Shown: positions 1 through 6,827, numbered from the stretch's first letter. The stretch is DNA of 10,382 nucleotides from an uncultured Deinococcales bacterium (GCA_964247135.1 CAXTTL010000174.1:1-10382); one strand, 5' to 3'. Notes: generated by a model not told the origin, from the sequence alone. Translations and numbers: made by a program.

Positions 1-1709
1 TTCACATTTCGATCCTGAATGACTGCCGCTCCAGGGTGGATTGCCCGGAGTGTCACACCGTCAGGAATCGTGACATCGGGTTGAACGTTATACGAAAAAA
101 TACCGTCGGCAAGGTAGACCGTCGCACCGCTCGGAATGCCCGTCATGGCTTTGGCAATCGTCTTGCACGGCAGGGCGCTCGAGCACATATTGGTATCCAA
201 ACCGTTCGTTTCATCGACAAAACGGTCACTCGAGGTTGCGACTGCGACGCTCGCTTGGCTGGTCGTGCTGCCTGTCGCGTTGGTTGCCGTGAGCGTAAAG
301 GTTGTGTTGGCAGTCACGTTGACCATTTTGCTGGTCAATCCTGTGACATCACCCACACCGTTGTCAAGACTTAAACTGGTCGCGCCCGTGGTTGCCCAAT
401 TCAGGTTGACATTGCCGCCGCCTGCCGCCAAAGAATCTGGCATGGCGCTAAAACTCGAGATGGTCGGCGCTGGCGGTAAGACTGTGACTGTGGTTGTGGC
501 TGTCGTGCTGCCGTTCGCGTTGCTGGCGGTCAGTGTGAAGCTTGTGGTGCTGGTGACGTTGACAGATTTGCTGTTCAGTCCCGTGACATCGCCCACGCCA
601 TTGTCAATGACCAGTGTGTTGGCATCCGTGGCGTTCCAGGTCAAATTGACCGAACCGCCGCCGCTCGGCAATGTGGCTGGCGTGGCTTTGAAATTTGCCA
701 AGCTGGGCATTCCCTCCAGCGGCGCGATGAAGGTGCAGGCTTTGTTGTTTGCGGCATCAATGGCACAGGCGACAAAAACCTTGCCGTAGATTTCGGACGC
801 CGCCAGCGTCAAAGATTGCCACTGGTAAGGTGCGGCGGTGAACGCTGTGATTGGCGACTTAGTGACGTTAAACGTCGGCACGAGTTGAATCCCCAAAAGC
901 CTCTCGAGCGTGACTTTCACAACCCCAACGTTGTCGCTGGCTTCCACATGCAGTGTGATTCGGGCATTGCCCGCCACGACTGGTGTGATGCTCGAGGTCA
1001 GTGTCAGGGTTGGCGGTGTTTTATCGTACAGAACCCCAAAAAAACCAGGTTTAATGGCGGTAATGTTCGTCTTTGCAACGTTGGTGACAGGATTGAACGT
1101 CGTGACCAGACCTTTGATCGCCCCGCCCAGCGAAACAATTTGCGGGACTGGCGGGGTTGCCACCGCACAATAGGACGCCGCACCATGAAACGGCTGATTT
1201 GGGTTGAGGCTCGAGTAATTGCTGTCATAACCGAGCAGCACAGGGTATTCTTTGATCGCGCCGTTCAGGTAGGTTTTTTCGGCTGGGTTGCAACCCGCCC
1301 CGAGGGTGTCAACAAACCAGCAGCCGCTCAGGTCGCTGGCGCAATCCAGGGCAATTGAAATGTGTGTCGGTACAGGACCCGCGCCACGAACTTTGCTGGG
1401 GGCTTGCGCTGGCACGGCAATGCTGAGTTCGGCTGGTATTGCCAGTGTCGTCTCGGGAGACTCGAGCTTGTAAACCGAACCCGAAATCAATTGTGGGTCG
1501 CTGGTAAATCCGCTCGAGACTGGCGTTAAACTCAGGTTGATTGGTGCGCTGAGGGCATTCGCTGGCACGAGGAGCGACGCTTGATTGTCGCTTGCGGTGA
1601 CGGTTGCGCCCGACGCTCCAACATTGCTGGGCGGCGCTGGGTCGCCACCACAGGCTGCCAGTGTTAACACCAAAAGTATCAGTACCGCAAATCTCGAGTT
1701 TTTTTGCAT
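1..1709 (-). CDS. Large modular lipoprotein, 3'-truncated by the window edge (at least 569 aa): lipobox, ZU5-like domain, bacterial Ig-like domain, two tandem Ig-like repeats, start of a DUF1565/right-handed beta-helix domain
   Basis: Not in the ORF track because there is no stop before base 1; translated by hand. ATG at 1709 with GGAGG at 1722-1718. It begins MQKNSRFAVLILLVLTLAAC (lipobox LAAC, Cys20 at 1652-1650). Next come VGASGATVTASDNQASLLVPANALSAPINLSLTP (ZU5-like), DKTPPTLTL...ASDNVGVVKV...AIDAANN (Ig-like), two 80-aa repeats, and FVDETNGLDTNMCSSALPCKTIAKAM...GATVYLADGIF (typical beta-helix cap). Domain names are by motif recognition. Confidence 0.9.
   Translation of the reverse strand, partial: MQKNSRFAVLILLVLTLAACGGDPAPPSNVGASGATVTASDNQASLLVPANALSAPINLSLTPVSSGFTSDPQLISGSVYKLESPETTLAIPAELSIAVPAQAPSKVRGAGPVPTHISIALDCASDLSGCWFVDTLGAGCNPAEKTYLNGAIKEYPVLLGYDSNYSSLNPNQPFHGAASYCAVATPPVPQIVSLGGAIKGLVTTFNPVTNVAKTNITAIKPGFFGVLYDKTPPTLTLTSSITPVVAGNARITLHVEASDNVGVVKVTLERLLGIQLVPTFNVTKSPITAFTAAPYQWQSLTLAASEIYGKVFVACAIDAANNKACTFIAPLEGMPSLANFKATPATLPSGGGSVNLTWNATDANTLVIDNGVGDVTGLNSKSVNVTSTTSFTLTASNANGSTTATTTVTVLPPAPTISSFSAMPDSLAAGGGNVNLNWATTGATSLSLDNGVGDVTGLTSKMVNVTANTTFTLTATNATGSTTSQASVAVATSSDRFVDETNGLDTNMCSSALPCKTIAKAMTGIPSGATVYLADGIFSYNVQPDVTIPDGVTLRAIHPGAAVIQDRNV
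231..707 (-). repeat. Intragenic tandem duplication with a 240-bp (80-aa) period, encoding two Ig/PKD-like modules
   Basis: gtgacatcacccacaccgttgtcaa at 343 matches gtgacatcgcccacgccattgtcaa at 583 (offset 240). Protein: GGGSVNLTW..IDNGVGDVTGLNSKSVNVT..FTLTASNANGSTT versus GGGNVNLNW..LDNGVGDVTGLTSKMVNVT..FTLTATNATGSTT. Confidence 0.9.
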
Positions 1710-1717
1710 CAGTCTTT

Positions 1718-1763
1718 CCTCCGATTCAGAGTGTTGCAAAATAGCCGTTGCTCGAGCGTTGCT
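1718..1763 (-). promoter_or_regulatory. Promoter cassette copy 1: direct-repeat box (1763-1746), -10-like AACACT (1735-1730), RBS GGAGG (1722-1718)
   Basis: Minus strand reads AGCAACG ctcg AGCAACG gctattttgc AACACT ctgaatc GGAGG aaagactg ATG. The box sequence and the 10/7-nt spacing are identical to copies 2 and 3. Confidence 0.85.
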
Positions 1764-1771
1764 CAAAGCCA

Positions 1772-1801
1772 AATACTGTCCAGAATTGCACAAATACCAG
1801 T
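1772..1801. promoter_or_regulatory. Second upstream conserved element containing the dyad GTCCA-N4-TGCAC (1778-1791)
   Basis: 24/30 identical to 4103-4132, at the same distance from the direct-repeat box. Confidence 0.65.
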
Positions 1802-1813
1802 CCCTCAGAAACG

Positions 1814-3217
1814 TTATGACACAGTTCTCAGGCGGGTTTTCCGAGGACGGAATCGATCCCAGAGCGTTTTGCTTCGTTTTTGTCCTGTCACAATTGCTTC
1901 CAGGGTATCCACAGCGTAATTCACCTCATCGAGCGTGTTGTAAAAGTAAAAACTGAGGCGACAACTTGCCGGAGGGGTCAATTTGAGTGCGTGATGTGCC
2001 AGCGTCGCGCAGTGACAACCTGCTCGAGATTCCACGCCAGCCTCGTTCAGGGCTTGCGCCAGACCCATTGGGTCGTGTCCCACAATGTTGAAGGCAACCA
2101 ACGACGTGCGCCGGGCTGCATCTTTGGGTCCGTAAATGGTGATGCCAGGAATTGCCGCCAGCCTCTCGAGCGCTCGGGCTGTCAGTTGCTTGTTCCAGGC
2201 GCTGATACGGTTCATGGCAGATTCGACCATTTGACTTTCGATGGGCTTGGCGCTTTGAAAATACGTCAGCCGTTTTGGGTTTAACGCCAGATCAAGCACC
2301 AAACGCAAGGCTTGACCCGAAATGATCGTTCCCAAAATGTTTGGTGTTCCCGCCGCGTACTTCCACGGCAAGGCGTTGTAGGCTACGTGCTCGGGAAAAA
2401 CCTGCCCTTCGGCAATCATGTCCCCGCCGTACAAAAACGGTAAGGAAGTCTCGAGCAGGTGTTCTTTGGCGTACAAGACACCGTTTCCAAACGGGGCTAA
2501 AATTTTGTGAAACGAAAACGAGAGGTATTCGACATCCAATTTTTGCACATCCACAAATGAACTCGGCACCAATTGAGCACCATCAATCAGCAAATAAGAC
2601 CGTTGTTCACCGCTCGGTTGCAGGTAACCGCTCGAGTTTGCCAGAGTCCGAATCGTTGCCAGTGGGTTGCGCGTTCCAAGAAAATTAGACGCACCGGTAC
2701 AACACACCAGCTTGGTCCGCGAATCAATCAGCGAAGCCAGATGCTCGAGATCAAGTTCGCCTGTAACAGGATCAAAACGCACCAAACGGTATTCGACGCG
2801 CCGACCAAACTTGGGCAGGATTTCGCGGCACATCGCGTACCACGGGACGTAATTCGAGTTGTGTTCCATCAGGGTTGTGACCACGTTATCGCCGTCCCGA
2901 AATTCGGTTAAGAGCGAGTACATGACCGCATTGTGCGCTTCGGTGGTGTTTCGGTACACGGCAATGTTGCGTCGGCTTGGCGCGTTAATAAACCTCGAGA
3001 TCGTATCGTAAGACTCCTCGAACAGTTTGGTCATGGCTTGCGACGCGTCGGATTGCCCGCGATGCACGTTCTCGTATCCAGGTGCGAGTTGCTGGTACAA
3101 CGCCAACAACTCGCGGGGCGGTTGGGTGCTGGCGGCGTTGTTGGTCACAATTCGACCCGATTTTGGAAAGCTGAAATGCTCGCGGATGGCTTTGATCTCG
3201 AGTGTGTCCGAACTCAT
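1814..3217 (-). CDS. Class V PLP-dependent enzyme, SufS/CsdA-like (group II) cysteine desulfurase homologue, 467 aa, with atypical motifs
   Basis: Motifs NNAASTQ, NVHRG, NTTEA, EHNSNYVPW, DGAQ, FSFHK (PLP Lys at 2506-2504), GGDMI, AGTPN, RAGCHCA (catalytic Cys at 2011-2009) and RLSFYFYNT. Start moved from the track's 3265 to ATG 3217, which follows AAGGGAG. Confidence 0.88.
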   Translation of the reverse strand: MSSDTLEIKAIREHFSFPKSGRIVTNNAASTQPPRELLALYQQLAPGYENVHRGQSDASQAMTKLFEESYDTISRFINAPSRRNIAVYRNTTEAHNAVMYSLLTEFRDGDNVVTTLMEHNSNYVPWYAMCREILPKFGRRVEYRLVRFDPVTGELDLEHLASLIDSRTKLVCCTGASNFLGTRNPLATIRTLANSSGYLQPSGEQRSYLLIDGAQLVPSSFVDVQKLDVEYLSFSFHKILAPFGNGVLYAKEHLLETSLPFLYGGDMIAEGQVFPEHVAYNALPWKYAAGTPNILGTIISGQALRLVLDLALNPKRLTYFQSAKPIESQMVESAMNRISAWNKQLTARALERLAAIPGITIYGPKDAARRTSLVAFNIVGHDPMGLAQALNEAGVESRAGCHCATLAHHALKLTPPASCRLSFYFYNTLDEVNYAVDTLEAIVTGQKRSKTLWDRFRPRKTRLRTVS

Positions 3218-3403
3218 AATGCTCCCTTCGAGCGGTTCAGGAGAGATATTAGGCTCGAGTTTCAAAGCCCGAGCTTGTTGGATAAAATGAGGTTCAAATC
3301 TGATAGTTTGTTTTCGACTTGGTTTTGCTGCTTGTTTTGGACAGCTCGAACCGCGCCAACGCCCGAGTGTTCAAGAATTCAAGCTCGAGTTCATTTTCTT
3401 GGT

Positions 3404-4042
3404 TCAGGGCAACTTCGAGAACGCAAATTTGGCAACGGTTTTGGTCGTCTCGAGCGCACCTTGTTTGGGTTTCCAAGCCATCACCTGATAAAAAACGCTG
3501 CCTTTGAGCGCGAGCAGCATCGCCATTTTCAGCGCGGGCTTTTGTTTTGGTTTTGTGCCTTCAATCGATTTGGCGCTGTCGCCAAAGCCTGTGATCGGCT
3601 TGAATTTCCCACCTTCAAAACCGCCCTCGAGCAAGGGCAGAAATTCGAGGGTTTTGTTCCAAGCTTTTTGGGCGGCAGCACGATTGGCAGAAACGCTGAT
3701 TGACAGCCCCAAGAACATGTTCGGTGAGTCTTCACCCTCAAGGTTGAAGCCTTTTGGGGCGTAAGAACAATCGTATTTGATCGTGCCGTCCGAGAGCGGC
3801 TCTTGGGCGGCTTTTTGTTGCAAGCCTACCCCGATCAAACGTGTTGCGTCCGAAAGCGTGATGATCTGGCAAGGGTCAATGGTTTTGGGTGCGGCGCTCG
3901 AGGAAGTGCTCAAAAGGATGAACATTGCGGTCAGGCTCGAGGTGAAGTGTTTGGGTGTTCGCAATCTTTTTTGAAAACCAGATGCCAACTTCAGCGGTAA
4001 AGTTACAATTCTAGTCCATGATTTTTTTTGCTGCATGTTCAT
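3404..4042 (-). CDS. Exported hypothetical protein, DUF3558-like, 212 aa
   Basis: ATG 4042 lies 6 nt after GGAGG. A long basic N-region is followed by a hydrophobic stretch (SLTAMFILLSTSSSAA), then DPCQIITLSDATRLIG...YDCSY, a Cys-pair pattern resembling DUF3558-type proteins. The family call is tentative. Confidence 0.75.
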   Translation of the reverse strand: MNMQQKKSWTRIVTLPLKLASGFQKRLRTPKHFTSSLTAMFILLSTSSSAAPKTIDPCQIITLSDATRLIGVGLQQKAAQEPLSDGTIKYDCSYAPKGFNLEGEDSPNMFLGLSISVSANRAAAQKAWNKTLEFLPLLEGGFEGGKFKPITGFGDSAKSIEGTKPKQKPALKMAMLLALKGSVFYQVMAWKPKQGALETTKTVAKFAFSKLP

Positions 4043-4048
4043 GACCAA

Positions 4049-4094
4049 CCTCCAAAGCACAGGTTAGAAAAACTGCCGTTGCTCGAGCGTTGCT
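4049..4094 (-). promoter_or_regulatory. Promoter cassette copy 2: direct-repeat box (4094-4077), -10 TAACCT (4066-4061), RBS GGAGG (4053-4049)
   Basis: Minus strand reads AGCAACG ctcg AGCAACG gcagtttttc TAACCT gtgcttt GGAGG ttggtc ATG. Confidence 0.88.
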
Positions 4095-4102
4095 TAATTG
4101 AG

Positions 4103-4132
4103 AACACCGTCCAGAACTGCACGAATGTCAGT
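4103..4132. promoter_or_regulatory. Second upstream conserved element containing the dyad GTCCA-N4-TGCAC (4109-4122)
   Basis: aacaccgtccagaactgcacgaatgtcagt versus aatactgtccagaattgcacaaataccagt at 1772-1801. Confidence 0.65.
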
Positions 4133-4174
4133 TGACCGAACGGTATTCTCGAGCCGAAGCGGTGTTTGCTTTGG

Positions 4175-6769
4175 TTAAGCTGGAACGCCCACCGTGATCG
4201 AAACGCTATCGGTTCCGTGTAGGTTTTCGGGGTCTGTGACCATCAACTGAAGTTTCAAGATTCTGGCTGGAGCGTCACCAAAGCCGTAATCGGCTGGGAC
4301 AATGCAGGGCAATGATTTTTGCAAGAGCTTGCAGGTTTTGGGTTGAATCACTTGCGATGTCCCGTTTGGGAAAATTATTTTCCACTCGAGAACGTACTGA
4401 CTTGTTGGCGTGCCACCTGGGTCATCTATCGTGTAAAACAAGTAAATGAGGGCGCTCGAGCTTGGGTGCTGCGAGCCGTCCGCTGGACCAGTGATCTTGA
4501 CCGTGGGTGGTCCACTGATGGGTTTTGGCACGACGCTCAGGTTGATCGAGGCTGTTCCTTTCAGACCGTAAGCATCAGTTCCAATCAAGGTAATGGTGCG
4601 TGTTTGATTCGTGGTGAAGACATAATCAAATTCGCAACCGCTGCTGGGCATGGCAGCGTCGCTCGGATTGCTGCTCTTCCAGACAAGGCTGGTGCAAGGC
4701 AACGAACCAAAAATACCGTCACCGTCAACCGAACTGCCTTTGAAATGCACGCTGGTGCTGTTTGACCAGAGCGGCGTTGGGTCGCTCGAGACGGGCGAAT
4801 CAATATAGACTTTGGGCGCAAGATTGATGCCTGTGACGGTAATGCTGGCGCTGACTTGAGCGCCCTTGTCGTCGGTGGCGGTTGCCGTAATCACCCGCTT
4901 GCCTGGTGTGGCAAAACCTTTGCTGATGCTCTCTCCTGTGCCAAGGTCGCCGTCCACGTCAGAAGTCCAGTTGACCGTCGGTGTTGGACCGTCCGAGTCG
5001 AGCGCGTTTGCAGTGTAGGTGGTCACTTGCGCGAAGGGAAAGCTCGAGTTGTTGCTGGGCGCAGTGATTTGAATGCTTGGCACAGAATTGGGCGTGCTGT
5101 TGTATTCGGCGCTGGGATGAGAGGCAAAGACCGTGACCTGCGTGAAGTAGGCTTTTGCCCAACTGACCGGAACGTACACAAAACCAGCATCGCCCCAGCA
5201 GTACCCCCACGAGTTCTTGATGATAAAGTATCCGCCGTCTGAGGTTGCCGCCAGGGTTTTGTAATCGCTCGAGAGGTTTGGGTTCGCTTGAAACTCGTCG
5301 TTCGAGACGAAGCCTACCACCTGAACAGCATGTCGCCCCCAGTTGTTGACATCTGAAAGTGTGGTCACATAACCCTGATTGTTTGGGTATTTGAAGCCGA
5401 TTTTCATCAACAGACCCGCAACCATCGGCTGACCTTGCTTCAGAAACTGGCGCATCTCGTCTACAGGCAAACCAAAAGCGTCGTTGTACCAGTCAAAGAT
5501 CGTATTGGGTTTTGATTCTTTAAAACGCTCGCCGCTCGGGGTCGGCATCGTGAAACCGCAAACACTGAACCCAGTTATGGAGGTGCAGATTTCTTTGAGT
5601 TGATGTGAGGAATCCGAGCAAAACTCGGCGTATCCGTTGCAGGATTTGGCATAAAACTCGAGGTTGGTGTTTTCCAGGCGCTTCAAGGATGGGTTGTAAT
5701 TCCAGGTTTGCTCGAGTGGCAGGGCGTAATGTTGCTCTTGAAAATCTTCGGCACGGTTGGGCAAGATTGCGCCGTCACCGTATTCTCTGGGTTGCCATTC
5801 GGCAGCAATCTTGCCCCACAAGAACTGCTCGGACAGGTTGACCCACCGGCTCTTTTCGATGGCTATCCGGGTCTCGAGCGCCGCAGTCAAAGCAAATGCC
5901 ACACACGTTCCGCGACGGTTGCCTTGGGCTTTGACGCTGGTGGAATAAAACTTGGAACGCCACCAGAAATTCTGGTATAAACCGTTTGGCGTGTGTGCTG
6001 TACAATCTCCAGCGTGATCTGATCCCAAACCAGAACCCTCTTCATCGCTTGGTTTGCTTGGAAAACCAGGGGGTTTGGCATCGGCTGGAACGTCTCGAGT
6101 TTGCACGCCAGAGCTGATTTGACGCGCATCCAACAGTTCGGCGGGATTGGCATTCAAGATTTTACCAAGCTCATTTCTTGCCTTCAGCAGCGTCTCGAGG
6201 TTGGCTCCGATCAGGCTGTCTGGGGTTGGCAAGCTGGGTTTCAGGGCAACCGAGAGTTCGTCGTAACTGGTGCGGTAGGCTAAAAGTTGGTTGTTCGGGT
6301 CTTCAAACTTTTTTCGTGATGCCAACATATCGCCGTACAGCGCAGGCTTGCCATCGGTGACCACCTGAAACGATCCGTTGTTGCCCTGAAGGGTCAGCAG
6401 GTAATTCCCATCGCCCAGAACTTGCAGGTTTGGGTCAGTTGGGTCAGGCTCGAGCAACGCTTTGTTGTACGCGGGTGATTGCAGCGCAAGGCGTTTGACC
6501 TCTGCCGTATTCGCCTGGATTTGAGCCTCCGCCTTTGCCTTGCCTTCACTGCGAAGTTTCAGGGTGTCCAAAGCGAAACCCTCAAAACCCGCCTGGCGTT
6601 TGAATTCCTCGGGCGTGACCATGTTTGCGCCGTCTGGGACTGGACCACCGAAAGCATTTTCTGGCTTCAGGATCGGGTCTGTGTTGCCTGGTTCGCTCGG
6701 GCACGCCACCAGACCGATTGACAGGGCGATAAGACTTAAGGGGATCAGCAATCTGAGAAATCGTTTCAC
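4175..6769 (-). CDS. Lipoprotein with a papain-like C1-family cysteine peptidase domain and three C-terminal Ig/PKD-like domains, 864 aa
   Basis: GTG 6769 lies 7 nt after GGAGG and gives MKRFLRLLIPLSLIALSIGLVAC (lipobox). C1 motifs are QGNRRGTCVAFA (Gln 5926-5924, Cys 5905-5903), LSEQ, HAVQVVGF (His 5332-5330) and IIKNSWGYCWGDAGF (Asn 5215-5213). The C-terminal modules start PSIQITAP, PKVYIDSP and PTVKITGP and contain ATATD, LIGTD and LMVTD strands. Confidence 0.92.
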   Translation of the reverse strand: MKRFLRLLIPLSLIALSIGLVACPSEPGNTDPILKPENAFGGPVPDGANMVTPEEFKRQAGFEGFALDTLKLRSEGKAKAEAQIQANTAEVKRLALQSPAYNKALLEPDPTDPNLQVLGDGNYLLTLQGNNGSFQVVTDGKPALYGDMLASRKKFEDPNNQLLAYRTSYDELSVALKPSLPTPDSLIGANLETLLKARNELGKILNANPAELLDARQISSGVQTRDVPADAKPPGFPSKPSDEEGSGLGSDHAGDCTAHTPNGLYQNFWWRSKFYSTSVKAQGNRRGTCVAFALTAALETRIAIEKSRWVNLSEQFLWGKIAAEWQPREYGDGAILPNRAEDFQEQHYALPLEQTWNYNPSLKRLENTNLEFYAKSCNGYAEFCSDSSHQLKEICTSITGFSVCGFTMPTPSGERFKESKPNTIFDWYNDAFGLPVDEMRQFLKQGQPMVAGLLMKIGFKYPNNQGYVTTLSDVNNWGRHAVQVVGFVSNDEFQANPNLSSDYKTLAATSDGGYFIIKNSWGYCWGDAGFVYVPVSWAKAYFTQVTVFASHPSAEYNSTPNSVPSIQITAPSNNSSFPFAQVTTYTANALDSDGPTPTVNWTSDVDGDLGTGESISKGFATPGKRVITATATDDKGAQVSASITVTGINLAPKVYIDSPVSSDPTPLWSNSTSVHFKGSSVDGDGIFGSLPCTSLVWKSSNPSDAAMPSSGCEFDYVFTTNQTRTITLIGTDAYGLKGTASINLSVVPKPISGPPTVKITGPADGSQHPSSSALIYLFYTIDDPGGTPTSQYVLEWKIIFPNGTSQVIQPKTCKLLQKSLPCIVPADYGFGDAPARILKLQLMVTDPENLHGTDSVSITVGVPA

Positions 6770-6776
6770 GTCACTA

Positions 6777-6822
6777 CCTCCAGGCAGTAACTTAGGAAAC
6801 ATGGCGTTGCTCGAGCGTTGCT
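6777..6822 (-). promoter_or_regulatory. Promoter cassette copy 3: direct-repeat box (6822-6805), -10 TAAGTT (6794-6789), RBS GGAGG (6781-6777)
   Basis: Minus strand reads (regulator TAA) tttcg AGCAACG ctcg AGCAACG ccatgtttcc TAAGTT actgcct GGAGG tagtgac GTG. Confidence 0.88.
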
Positions 6823-6827
6823 CGAAA

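Noticed and set aside
36-1956. Plus-strand ORFs 36-374, 136-789, 816-1358, 910-1173, 1288-1473, 1585-1956 and 1704-1919
   Set aside because: They are antisense shadows of the minus-strand lipoprotein. The hydrophobic, repetitive look of 136-789 mirrors the Thr/Asn-rich Ig repeats.
1814-3217. DndA-type phosphorothioation or suf operon assignment
   Set aside because: The motifs are group II (SufS-like) rather than the IscS/DndA-type SSGSAC, and no dnd, ssp or suf genes are present, so no gene symbol was assigned.
3218-3403. SAM or other sulfur-related riboswitch upstream of the desulfurase-like gene
   Set aside because: No SAM-I or T-box consensus recognised. The hairpins can be explained by CTCGAG-like palindromes.
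4133-4174. Intrinsic terminator after the peptidase gene
   Set aside because: Only 3-4 bp stems and no U-tract on the coding strand.
6449-6460. Single CTCGAGCAACGC half-site inside the peptidase gene
   Set aside because: Only one half-site, in the opposite orientation, in coding sequence, and with no -10/RBS geometry. Probably chance given the CTCGAG abundance.
6770-6802. Track start codons at 6802, 4060 and 3265
   Set aside because: Downstream starts (6769, 4042, 3217) have a properly spaced SD. The extensions at 6802 and 4060 would run through the promoter cassette.
1746-6822. The 18-bp repeats as CRISPR repeats, REP elements or transposon ends
   Set aside because: They are kilobases apart, all in the same orientation and fixed relative to RBSs, with no cas or transposase genes in the window.
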